Positions 46,249-59,029 of a stretch of DNA of 64,000 bases are shown here, in pieces. Under the pieces are notes generated by a model. The model did not search any database and had not been told where the DNA came from. It saw nothing but the letters and a program-made list of their open reading frames with translations. Position 1 is the stretch's first letter. Each line of letters starts with the position of its first letter. The stretch lies in assembly GCA_050011535.1 (NCBI GenBank), contig JBEKIX010000003.1:37976-101975 (forward strand), in the 5' to 3' direction. Source of the DNA: Acidobacteriota bacterium (GTDB lineage Bacteria > Acidobacteriota > UBA6911). The position numbers and the translations under genes were made by a program.

Positions 46249-47493
46249 ATGAGCGAAAGCACACACTCTCGATTTGACATGCGACCAACAGCGGCAGTTA
46301 TGGAATCCAACTCGGCAGCTGGCCCAGGGCGACGACCGGCACCTTTGGGCGGCACGAAATCTGGCGGAGGCCAGCGATTCGGCTTTGTCGACCTCCTGCG
46401 CGGCTTGGCACTGATCGTCATGGTGGAAACCCACGTGGTCAATGCCTATCTGCCGAAGTCCGCGCGCGAGTGCGCATTTTTTTTCTGGTTGTCTTTCGTG
46501 AACGGGCTGGTAGCGCCATCCTTTCTTTTTGCTTCGGGGTTTTCGCTCATTCTTCAAGCTCGCCGCAAATGGGAAGATTTTCTCCATAGCGGGCCGGCTT
46601 TCAGGAAGCATCTCCGGCGGATGGGGTTCATTCTGCTGGCTGCCTATTTCCTTCATTTGCCGCACTTCGGCCTAAGCCGGTATCTGGCTCCTCAAAATCA
46701 GGCGTTCTGGAAATCAGCGTTCCAGGTCGACGTCCTGCAATGCATCGTTGTTTCGTTGCTGGTCATCGATGCACTGATCTTTTTGACTCGCAAACCGAAG
46801 GTGCACTTCTGGGCGGTCGCCACGATCGGCGTGGCCGCCACGCTGTTGACCCCCTGGATCTGGGCGCAGGATTTCACAACGAGGCTGCCCCTGCCTCTGG
46901 CGATGTTTTTGAACCCTCACGGCGTGTCTCTCTTCCCGATTTTCCCCTGGATCAGCTTCGTTGCCGCGGGCAGCTGCGCTGCTATGCTCTTTCTGGAGGC
47001 GGTAGAAAAGCGCGTAGACGAGCGCTTCATGGCCCGCTCCTTTTGGCTAGCCGCGGCGGCGATCGCCGCTGCGCTGCTCGCGCGCGGAATGCCGCTCTTC
47101 CATTCCTGGAATGTCGATTTCTACAAAATCAGCCCGCTTTACGTGCTCATCCGATTGGGATGCGTCATGATTCTTTGCACCGGACTGTATGCAATGGAGA
47201 AGAGGCTGGGATGGGTGCCGAATGCAATTCGCCTTGCCGGCCAGGAGTCGCTGCTGGTCTACTGCGCACATCTGCTGCTCATATTTAGCGTTCTTCGACG
47301 ACCGCCGGTCTCCATGATTCTGGGCCGGGAGGCGGGCTATGGGTTCTGTTTCCTCATCAGTGCGGTTCTGATTCTACTCATGCTCTGTCTGGCTGCGGTC
47401 TGGCACGGATGGAAAGGCGGCCACCCACACCTTGCCAAACTAGTGCCGGCCGGATTAGTTGCCGTGAACCTCATCATTTTTCTTCTTCTGTAG
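46249..47493 (+). CDS. DUF1624 / heparan-alpha-glucosaminide N-acetyltransferase-like membrane protein
   Basis: 414-aa polytopic membrane ORF. QRFGFVDLLRGLALIVMVETHVVNAY is the signature N-terminal motif of this family. Confidence 0.7.
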   Translation: MSESTHSRFDMRPTAAVMESNSAAGPGRRPAPLGGTKSGGGQRFGFVDLLRGLALIVMVETHVVNAYLPKSARECAFFFWLSFVNGLVAPSFLFASGFSLILQARRKWEDFLHSGPAFRKHLRRMGFILLAAYFLHLPHFGLSRYLAPQNQAFWKSAFQVDVLQCIVVSLLVIDALIFLTRKPKVHFWAVATIGVAATLLTPWIWAQDFTTRLPLPLAMFLNPHGVSLFPIFPWISFVAAGSCAAMLFLEAVEKRVDERFMARSFWLAAAAIAAALLARGMPLFHSWNVDFYKISPLYVLIRLGCVMILCTGLYAMEKRLGWVPNAIRLAGQESLLVYCAHLLLIFSVLRRPPVSMILGREAGYGFCFLISAVLILLMLCLAAVWHGWKGGHPHLAKLVPAGLVAVNLIIFLLL

Positions 47494-47536
47494 GCTCCTC
47501 CGATGCGGCCTGCACGTTCTCGCGTGGTTCGGCTTG

Positions 47537-48484
47537 TCAAAAAGAGAGGTGAGGGAAGTCGGTGCAGACTCGATCTTGCGGTCGTGGCCGGGTGTGCCAG
47601 CGATCATGGATCCAGAGCCACTGCTCAGGATACTTGCGGATGATATTCTCCATCGCCTGTGCTACACGAGCAGTGTTCACGCCCAAGTCTCGCGCGAAGT
47701 CGCCCGTTCGCAAGACCTCGATTACAGGGCCACCCAGGAAAATGTATTTCTTGCGCACAGGATCCCAGGGGGCGAAGGCAGGGAAAACAGCAGCGCCGGT
47801 GGCAAGAGCCAGCGCGGCAACCGCGGCGTTGGAGCAGGCGAGCTTTCCGAAAAATGGCACGAAAATTCCCTCTTCCTGGAGAGTATTCAGGTCGGCCAGA
47901 ATCCCCAAGGTTCCGCCGTGTTTCAATTTCCGCATGCAGGTTAAGCCGGCGTCTTTCTTGCTAAGAGCCTGGTTTCCAAATCGGGTGCGCATCGAGTGAA
48001 CCACACGCTCGATCAAAGGGTTGTCGAGCGGGCGGATCAGAAAACTCAGCGGGTGAACGAGTGCGGAATGGGCGAATGCAAGCAGTTCCCAGGCTCCCAG
48101 GTGCGCCGCAACGAAGAGGACTCCGCACCCATGCCGCTCGGCTTCTTCCAGGCGTGCCACGCTTTCCGGATCATACTCCACAATTCGTCGCAAACTCTCC
48201 TTGGAGGCATGTGGAAACCTGCAGAACTCCCCAAGCTGGCGTCCAAGGCTGTCAAAGCTCTTCCGGAGAATCATGAGCCGCTCAGGGCGGCTCATTTGAG
48301 GGAAAGCTATTCCCAGGTTCTTCATGCCGACATGCCGCAGATGGCCCATGACTGCGTAGGCGATGCGCGCCAGGCCGCGCCCCAAACCGATGGCAAGCGG
48401 GCGCGGCAGGAATCCGATGCCGCCCACTACCGCACGGAACAGAAGACATTCGGCGTGAATCTTAAGTGGATTCTTCGCTTTCAT
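47537..48484 (-). CDS. Lipid A biosynthesis (lauroyl/KDO2-lipid IVA-type) acyltransferase family protein
   Basis: 315-aa ORF. HLGAWE (HX4D/E-type acyltransferase motif) and C-terminal YPEQWLWIHDRW are typical of the LpxL/HtrB family. Confidence 0.8.
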   Translation of the reverse strand: MKAKNPLKIHAECLLFRAVVGGIGFLPRPLAIGLGRGLARIAYAVMGHLRHVGMKNLGIAFPQMSRPERLMILRKSFDSLGRQLGEFCRFPHASKESLRRIVEYDPESVARLEEAERHGCGVLFVAAHLGAWELLAFAHSALVHPLSFLIRPLDNPLIERVVHSMRTRFGNQALSKKDAGLTCMRKLKHGGTLGILADLNTLQEEGIFVPFFGKLACSNAAVAALALATGAAVFPAFAPWDPVRKKYIFLGGPVIEVLRTGDFARDLGVNTARVAQAMENIIRKYPEQWLWIHDRWHTRPRPQDRVCTDFPHLSF

Positions 48485-48486
48485 TT

Positions 48487-49707
48487 TCAGGCAGCAGGCC
48501 GCCGGAATGCGAGCACGGCATTCAATCCGCCAAAGGCGAAGGAGTTTGAGAGGGCGTATTCACAGGAAGCGGTGCGGGGAATGTTGGGGATCACATCCAG
48601 ATCACAGGCAGGATCCGGTTCGACGAAGTTCGCCGTGGGCGGCAGGATTTCGTTGCGCAGACTCAGGATTGTCGCGATCGCCTCCAGTGCCCCGGCGGCT
48701 CCGAGCGCATGTCCGTGCATTGATTTCGTGGAACTGACCGCCAGCCGGTCCGCGTGCTTTCCGAAGACGTTTCGGATTACGGCGGTTTCGGTGGCGTCGT
48801 TTGCCAGAGTGCCGGTGCCGTGTGCGTTAATATACCCGATCGCCTCGGGCGCCAATCCAGCATCCGCCAATGCCGACTTCACGGCACGTCCCGCCCCATC
48901 CGCGGAGGGGCTGGTGATGTGATGAGCGTCCGCCGACATTCCGAAGCCAACGATCTCACCGAAGATCTCGGCGCCCCGGGCCCGAGCTGCATCCCAGGGC
49001 TCGAGGACCAGCATGCCTCCGCCCTCACCCAGGATCATGCCGCTGCGGTTCTTGGAGAAAGGCCGGCAGGTATCGGACGAAACCACCCGCATGGCTTCCC
49101 ACGCCTTCAGGTTGCCAAAGCTCAGGGGAGCTTCGCTGCCCCCGGTCAGGGCAAGGTCTACCATGCCTTCCCGTACCATCCAGAACGCATGGCCTATGGC
49201 ATGATTGGATGAAGAGCAGGCTGTGGAGAGCGTAAAGGCGGGGCCAGTGATGCCGTACTCCATCGAGATGTGGCTGGCCAGCGCGTTCGTCATGATTTTC
49301 GGGACGCTGAGCGGGTTTACACGCGATCGCTGGAGGCGATAGAGGTCCCAGAAGGCTATATCCTCTGTTGTCTGGCCTCCCATTGCCGAGCCGGTCACTA
49401 TGGCCGTCCGCTCCCGCGCTGCCGAGGTGAACTCGATCGACGACGTCCGGACTGCCTCGCGGGTGGCAATCAATCCGAATTCAGCGAACCGGTCCAGCAA
49501 CGAGGTGCGCTCACTGGCAAAATAATCTTCGGTGCGATAACCGTGAACCTCCGCGGCATTCGGGAAGCGAAGCTGGGACCGATCGATCACTTCGATCGCA
49601 CCAATTCCCGAGATGCCCCGGGAAATGGCGGCCCAGAACTCGGCACTATTCCGGCCCACTGCGGAAATGACACCAAAGCCGGTGATCGCAACTCGGCGTC
49701 GTGGCAT
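48487..49707 (-). CDS. fabF: Beta-ketoacyl-ACP synthase II family
   Basis: 406-aa ORF. RRVAITGFGVISAVG, active-site TACSSS, NAHGTGT and SMHGHALGAAG motifs. Confidence 0.9.
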   Translation of the reverse strand: MPRRRVAITGFGVISAVGRNSAEFWAAISRGISGIGAIEVIDRSQLRFPNAAEVHGYRTEDYFASERTSLLDRFAEFGLIATREAVRTSSIEFTSAARERTAIVTGSAMGGQTTEDIAFWDLYRLQRSRVNPLSVPKIMTNALASHISMEYGITGPAFTLSTACSSSNHAIGHAFWMVREGMVDLALTGGSEAPLSFGNLKAWEAMRVVSSDTCRPFSKNRSGMILGEGGGMLVLEPWDAARARGAEIFGEIVGFGMSADAHHITSPSADGAGRAVKSALADAGLAPEAIGYINAHGTGTLANDATETAVIRNVFGKHADRLAVSSTKSMHGHALGAAGALEAIATILSLRNEILPPTANFVEPDPACDLDVIPNIPRTASCEYALSNSFAFGGLNAVLAFRRPAA

Positions 49708-49718
49708 GAGATTTCTGA

Positions 49719-49994
49719 TCAGTCCTGATTCGCGGCCAGGGGATTCGGCGCGTTCTTATTAGCAATCAATTGATCGAGACCTTCCACGATCTGACGCACC
49801 GATTGCATTTTCTTGGCCGCTTCATCCGGAATACTGATGTCAAAGGCCTCTTCGAGGTCGAAGAAAAGGTTCAACCCGTCCAGCGAGTCGATCCGAAGTT
49901 CTTCGAGTGAGCTATCCAGTGCGATCGTCTCGGGGGGAATTTTTTTCATTTGGGCAATTGCCGCGAGTACTTTTTGTGCCACAGCATCGGACAT
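49719..49994 (-). CDS. Acyl carrier protein (specialised, not obviously the housekeeping AcpP)
   Basis: ATG at 49994. The phosphopantetheine site context LEELRIDSLDGLNLFFDLEEAFDISIPDE has DSL. Directly upstream of fabF and the lpxL-like gene. Confidence 0.85.
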   Translation of the reverse strand: MSDAVAQKVLAAIAQMKKIPPETIALDSSLEELRIDSLDGLNLFFDLEEAFDISIPDEAAKKMQSVRQIVEGLDQLIANKNAPNPLAANQD

Positions 49995-50570
49995 GATTTC
50001 ACCTGCCAACGAGGCATTTTGGCCGGCCATCGTGTAAGAGCGCCTGCCAGGTTCATGGTAGTTTAGGCCGCTCCATCATACGGACCTCGCGCACGGCAGA
50101 CAATATAAAACTGGGGGCAGTGCGATGAGGCTTGCGTCAGTCATCTGTTGATGGCGATTGTTTCCGGCGCAGGCAGAATTGACGTGAGCGGGGGTTTTTG
50201 CGAATTGCATATGAGATTCTGATGCATCTCTATGATTCCCATAGTGTCCAGGTCATAACCAAATAGACCCTTTCATAGAACAAGCGTGGGCGGCACTTAA
50301 TTGTCCCAGGTTCTGCGAAGTGGGCCGTAGGCGATTTCTACCGCACCTCGACCCAGATCCTCGACGCGCCGGCGTTCCTCTGACTCACTGCACCAGCACT
50401 CGTCATTCCGGGGTGGCGCTGCAGCCGCTTGACACATGGTAGATAATGACATCCGACGGTTTCATAACCTCTTCACCTCACGGAAGCTTCAAGCCCTTCG
50501 GTGAAATCACAGCAGGGTCGGCGGCCAGGCCAAACGGATCCTGAGGTTGCTGCGGGAGGTAATAGATAGA

Positions 50571-52526
50571 ATGTGCGTCAAGCGCAAAACCAAAAAAGCC
50601 GCCGTGATATTCAAATGCGTGATCCAGAATCTTCTTCTGGGTCTCGTTTGCTTCACTCCAGCCTTCGCCCAAAGGCCCGATCCGGTCAAGTGGTCTCTAT
50701 CATTAGAACCTCCCTCGGCTGCGCCGGGCTCCAAGATTCTGGCAAAGCTGACGGCGAAGATAGATTCAGGCTATCACATATATTCGCTTTCGACTCCTGC
50801 AGGGCCGATTCCGACCACTCTCATCGTGCAGGACAATCCGGCGGTAGCAAAATCCGAGATCTATCAGCCGCGCCCGCATGTCGCTTTCGATCCTAATTTC
50901 AAGATCAACGCGGAAACTTTTGAGAATGAGGTGGTGTTCCTTCTCGCGATCGGAATTGCAAGAGATGCCCCTGCGGGGCCGACCGATCTGGGAATTCAGG
51001 CTCGCTATCAAGCCTGCACTGGCACGCAGTGTCTGCTGCCAGTAAGGAAAACGGCGACGGCCCAACTTACAATCGATGTTTCGGCCGGAATCGCATCCGC
51101 GGCCATCCCGGCCGAATACACTCTGTTTGGGCAAAAAACACCTTCTGGCGGCACACCCGTTGCGCCTCCCGCCACTCCTGCTTCGGCCGGCCAAGCTGGA
51201 AAAGACGTGCAGGGAGTCGGCGCTTTTATGCTTATCGCATTCGGTTTCGGGCTGGCATCCGTCTTCACTCCCTGCGTATTCCCCATGATTCCGATAACAG
51301 TGTCCTACTTTCTAAAGGGGCAGGCCGGATCGCGCAGCCAGGGCATCTTTCAAGCAATACTCTTCTCGGGTGGGATTATTGTTCTGTTCTCCGCCATGGG
51401 TCTCATAACCACGGCCATTCTCGGGCCCTTTGGCACCGTTCAGCTCGGCGCAAATCCGTGGGTCAGTGCGTTCATCGCACTCGTCTTCCTCATCTTTGGC
51501 ATGAGCATGCTCGGCGCGTTCGCGATTACGATTCCATCCAGCGTGCTGACCAAAGCGAACCAGGCTTCCGGAAGAGGCGGAGTGCTGGGACCGCTTTTGA
51601 TGGGACTGACATTCTCGCTTAGCGCTTTTGCCTGCGTTGGACCTTTTGTGGGAACGCTGCTCGCCGGGGCCGTGTCGAGCGGCGGGTGGAAGCCCCTTGC
51701 CGGCATGGTTGCATTTGCTTCCGGCCTGGCCCTACCGTTTTTTGGACTGGCTCTCTTTCCGTCGTTCCTTGGGAAACTCCCCAAGAGCGGCGAGTGGATG
51801 ATGCGAGTGAAAATGGTGTTGGGATTCGTGATCCTCGCCGCAATGCTCAAGTATGTCAGCAACGTGGATGCCATTCTCGGATGGAACCTCCTCACAAGGG
51901 AGCGGTTCCTTGCACTGTGGATAATCCTGTTTGCGCTACCCGGGTTGTATTTGTTGGGGCTCCTTCGTCTCGAAGGGATCCGCTCCGAAGAGGAGGTCGG
52001 TGTTCCACGCCTGCTGATGGGGACTGCGTTCCTGGCGTTTGCATTGAGTCTCGTCCCGGGAATGCTCGGTGGACGCCTTGGGGAACTCGATGCCTATGTA
52101 CCACTGGCTTCAGAATCGGCAGGTTTGCCGCAGGGTGCGGCATCGATGCCATGGATGAAAAACCAGTATCAGGAGGCTCTCGAGCGCGGTCGCAAAGAGA
52201 ATAAACTGATATTTCTGAGTTTTACCGGTTATGCTTGCACCAATTGTCACTGGATGAAGAGCAACATGTTCCCGCGGCCCGAAATCGCCGAGGCGCTCGG
52301 CAATTACATTTTGGTTGAACTGTACACGGACGGCACGGATCAGGCCTCGGAGGCCAACCAGAAAATCCTCAGCGAGAAGTTCTCGACAATTGCCATCCCA
52401 TTCTATGCAATCGTCGATGCGGGCGGGAAAGAAATTGGCCGGTTCGCGGGCCTGACGCGGGACAGTGCCGAATTCCTGGCCTTTCTGCGCTCTGGGGCTG
52501 CGAAACCGGAGCCCAGGATGGATTGA
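50571..52526 (+). CDS. dsbD: Thiol:disulfide interchange protein DsbD-like (alpha domain, CcdA-type TM core, C-terminal thioredoxin-like domain)
   Basis: ATG at 50571 with signal peptide. N-terminal DsbD-alpha-like domain (VKWSLSLEPPSAAPG..IDSGYHIYS), TM core with FTPCVFPMIP and AFACVGPF, and a C-terminal FTGYACTNCHWM CxxC motif. Confidence 0.85.
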   Translation: MCVKRKTKKAAVIFKCVIQNLLLGLVCFTPAFAQRPDPVKWSLSLEPPSAAPGSKILAKLTAKIDSGYHIYSLSTPAGPIPTTLIVQDNPAVAKSEIYQPRPHVAFDPNFKINAETFENEVVFLLAIGIARDAPAGPTDLGIQARYQACTGTQCLLPVRKTATAQLTIDVSAGIASAAIPAEYTLFGQKTPSGGTPVAPPATPASAGQAGKDVQGVGAFMLIAFGFGLASVFTPCVFPMIPITVSYFLKGQAGSRSQGIFQAILFSGGIIVLFSAMGLITTAILGPFGTVQLGANPWVSAFIALVFLIFGMSMLGAFAITIPSSVLTKANQASGRGGVLGPLLMGLTFSLSAFACVGPFVGTLLAGAVSSGGWKPLAGMVAFASGLALPFFGLALFPSFLGKLPKSGEWMMRVKMVLGFVILAAMLKYVSNVDAILGWNLLTRERFLALWIILFALPGLYLLGLLRLEGIRSEEEVGVPRLLMGTAFLAFALSLVPGMLGGRLGELDAYVPLASESAGLPQGAASMPWMKNQYQEALERGRKENKLIFLSFTGYACTNCHWMKSNMFPRPEIAEALGNYILVELYTDGTDQASEANQKILSEKFSTIAIPFYAIVDAGGKEIGRFAGLTRDSAEFLAFLRSGAAKPEPRMD

Positions 52527-52713
52527 GTCTGCTGCATGGATTCAGACGGCCGGCCTATCGAGAGAGGAATGCGACGAATAGAGTGATGCTGGGCGTGATG
52601 CTGGCCGCGATGCTCTGCCTGGCAAAGCCGACCCCGGGCGCAAAGCCCATAACGATCATGTAGCTCGATGGCAAGCAAAAAGGTGCAGTTCACGCATGGG
52701 AAGAGACATCTCC

Positions 52714-53538
52714 CTACCTGAAGAAAATGGTGGACGAGACCGGCTTATTCCGTGTGGAGGTCGTGACGCCGCCCTCGGCAGGGGGCGATGTCAGCAAATC
52801 CAAACCCCAGTTCGCCTCCGTCAGCGCCGATCGAAGGAAAGGAAGGAAGCCGTTGGATCGCGCCTGCTGTACTTCCGCGGCGGTTCCCGCGGGAGAACTG
52901 GTTGAGGCGGCGATCGATACGCTCCCGGGTACGCTTGCGGTTCCCGTCGGTCCCTGAAATCCCTGCATCGTCCCGGCACTGGCGTTGTCGCGGGCTCTTT
53001 CTGCAGGGCCTGTGCCTGGTGCCACTGTGATCTTCAACGCGACCGGAACACCCCGAGGCGGCAGGCAGGTCTTGTTGTCACATGACTGATAGTAAGCCTG
53101 AATACGTACATCGTAATCGCCGGGGGCGGCAGAGGCCGACGCCTTCAATGGAACCCAGAACTCGGCGGTGCCGAAGTAAAGTTCGACCTGAATGCCGAAG
53201 TTAGGATCAAACTCCTTTTTGGGTGCCGACTGCCTTACCGTTCCTGACATTTCGAAAGGCGGCCCGGAGAGGACCTTGAAACGCGTGGCGATTGGAGGGG
53301 GCTCCTGGGTAGCCGAATAAATGTGCCAGTTTTCGTCGATCTTGGCTTCGAGTTTGACTTCAAAGCCGGCGCCTGCATGCACCGGCGCAGTCTGCAAACT
53401 TGCGGACCAGTGGACAGGGGACTCGTCCTTGGATTGGGCTCGGGCAGTCCCGGCCAGAGTCAGAATACAAAAGAGTGCGGCAGTAATCCATCGTACCATA
53501 GTGACGGAGTATACCATTGGTTCCATCAGCTTGTGCAT
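52714..53538 (-). CDS. Stand-alone DsbD-alpha-like (thiol-disulfide interchange N-terminal domain) secreted protein
   Basis: 274-aa ORF. Signal peptide, then VHWSASLQTAPVHAGAGFEVKLEAKIDENWHIYS and YYQSCDNKTCLPP, paralleling the N-domain of the neighbouring dsbD. The C-terminal third is low complexity. Confidence 0.65.
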   Translation of the reverse strand: MHKLMEPMVYSVTMVRWITAALFCILTLAGTARAQSKDESPVHWSASLQTAPVHAGAGFEVKLEAKIDENWHIYSATQEPPPIATRFKVLSGPPFEMSGTVRQSAPKKEFDPNFGIQVELYFGTAEFWVPLKASASAAPGDYDVRIQAYYQSCDNKTCLPPRGVPVALKITVAPGTGPAERARDNASAGTMQGFQGPTGTASVPGSVSIAASTSSPAGTAAEVQQARSNGFLPFLRSALTEANWGLDLLTSPPAEGGVTTSTRNKPVSSTIFFR

Positions 53539-53913
53539 CCTGCCTCACACCGGGATCGTGGCAACAACGCCCTACTGAATTTCCCATGCAGGAGGCCCTA
53601 ACTCCAAGATGGGCCGTGGTTTCCAACGAACGGAGTGAATTGTGGCAGGTATTTCCCCCCTCACCACTGGGGATGTACCTAGTCGCTCATTTCCCTGGCG
53701 GCCACTATTCTATGCAATATTTGGTTGATGCAGACTCCGATGATTACCTTAAAGCCGCCTGCAATTCATTCTTTCCCGCGTTGGGTCGCCCGTAAGAGCG
53801 GGAAGTAGGAGGACGCAATTATGGAGAGATGCATCAACGCCGCCGTTTCGGCACAACTGCCCGTGATCGGCCCGCCGCTGGAAATTGGTTATCTGCAAGC
53901 AGGGAAACTTTAG

Positions 53914-54498
53914 ATGAGGGTGCTTCAGGTTTACATAGTTAAAGGTCTTCTGTATACGCTGGCCATCACACCGATTGCATTCCTCTACATTAATGGATGG
54001 CGACACACTTCTTACGATGCCCGTACGTCCCCCCGATTGGGTGCGGCTGTTCCAGCGCATACTGCCATCGCTGCATCCGGCACTGGACCTGATTCTCAGA
54101 GCGTGTCGAGCGTACTGAAGCACGCGTCGGATCATTCCTCCGCGCGATTGATGCCGGCCAGGCTAAACTTAGGCGTGCGGGAAAACCCGGCGCCAAGTAG
54201 CGGTACGACGCAGATGGCGCGCAAGGAGCAAGACAGCACCGGAGCCAGAATTGACAGTGGACGAGTCCAATTCCGATGGGGAGATACTCCGGCTTTTCCA
54301 AATCAGGCAGGCTCGATTCTCGATGCCGACCCTGTCAGATCCGAAACGCTATACGGTCCCGACGCCGTTTACATAAACATCGGCAACGCCCAGGGGACAG
54401 GGATTTATTGGAAGCGCGTCATTTATTCGAATCCGCCGCCGTCCGGCGCGGATTTCGCACAGCGAGCGCTCAGCTGGTTGCGTAAACCGACTCGCTAG
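53914..54498 (+). CDS. Hypothetical protein (weak call)
   Basis: 194-aa ORF with one N-terminal hydrophobic helix and no recognised motif. It is the longest ORF in an otherwise unassigned ~1.1-kb gap. Confidence 0.3.
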   Translation: MRVLQVYIVKGLLYTLAITPIAFLYINGWRHTSYDARTSPRLGAAVPAHTAIAASGTGPDSQSVSSVLKHASDHSSARLMPARLNLGVRENPAPSSGTTQMARKEQDSTGARIDSGRVQFRWGDTPAFPNQAGSILDADPVRSETLYGPDAVYINIGNAQGTGIYWKRVIYSNPPPSGADFAQRALSWLRKPTR

Positions 54499-54630
54499 GT
54501 CGGTACCTTCAGGTCAAAAGATCCAAGCACACTCCGGGTCGTTTTTCGGCGCCACTGCGTACATCAGAGGTCATGTGGTACGGTCCAGGGTGTGGTATAA
54601 ATATTTCTTGCCGTAAAGGGGAAAGTACGC

Positions 54631-54999
54631 GTGCCCTATCTGATGCCGACGCGTGTGAAACGCGTGAACGCCTTGCAGACCGACATTACCTGGAATGACG
54701 GACATTTCAGCTCCTACCCTTCCTGGTATCTGCGGGAGAACTGCCCCTGCGCCCACTGCGTGGAGGAATTCTCGGGCCGGCGGCTGATCCTTCAAGGGAG
54801 TATCCCCTCTACCTTGGAGAGAGCCGATGTCGCGCCGGTCGGGAATTATGCGCTCAGTTTTACATGGAGCGACGGCCACAGCACCGGCATATATTCTTTC
54901 GACTTTTTACGCCGGATCTGTCCCTGTGCCCAGTGTATGCCGGATGGACTCAAGGAACCGCCCGCCAGCGTCAAACCTCCCGGATCCTTCGAAGTCTGA
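54631..54999 (+). CDS. DUF971 domain protein
   Basis: 122-aa ORF. WNDGHFSSYPSWYLRENCPCAHC ... FTWSDGHSTGIYSFDFLRRICPC is the DUF971 (gamma-butyrobetaine hydroxylase N-terminal-like) pattern. Confidence 0.8.
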   Translation: MPYLMPTRVKRVNALQTDITWNDGHFSSYPSWYLRENCPCAHCVEEFSGRRLILQGSIPSTLERADVAPVGNYALSFTWSDGHSTGIYSFDFLRRICPCAQCMPDGLKEPPASVKPPGSFEV

Positions 55000-55087
55000 T
55001 CTGCCGCCTGGGCTGCGATACGCAGTGAACTCCGAACGTGGATTGGTTGAACATCTTTACGAGTCATTTTAGCTCCGAGGTAGCCAG

Positions 55088-58777
<3,690 letters not shown>

Positions 58778-59029
58778 CTGCCCGAGATTCACTAGCTTGG
58801 CGGCCAGAATAGTATTCTGGACAGACTATCCCATGACCGTAGATGGCCGGCGCTTCATCTTTGTCAGCCAGATGGAAGAGACTGCTCCTCCATCATTGGC
58901 CGTCGTGGCCACCGGAGGGGACGGCGATGTTTTCCAAATCGATCGCGTCGCCGGTGTCACCCCTGATGATATTGGGGTCGCAGACTGTTTGACGAAATAG
59001 AGGTTTAATCGCACTCATCCCGCGGCAGT

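Noticed and set aside
52569-52663. Micro-ORFs with a 12-nt tandem repeat (GTGATGCTGGGC GTGATGCTGGCC GCGATGCTCTGCC) encoding MLGVMLAAMLCLAKPTPGAKPITIM
   Set aside because: Only 25 codons, with no convincing RBS spacing or lipobox, and it lies in the dsbD 3' spacer. It cannot be distinguished from chance without expression data.
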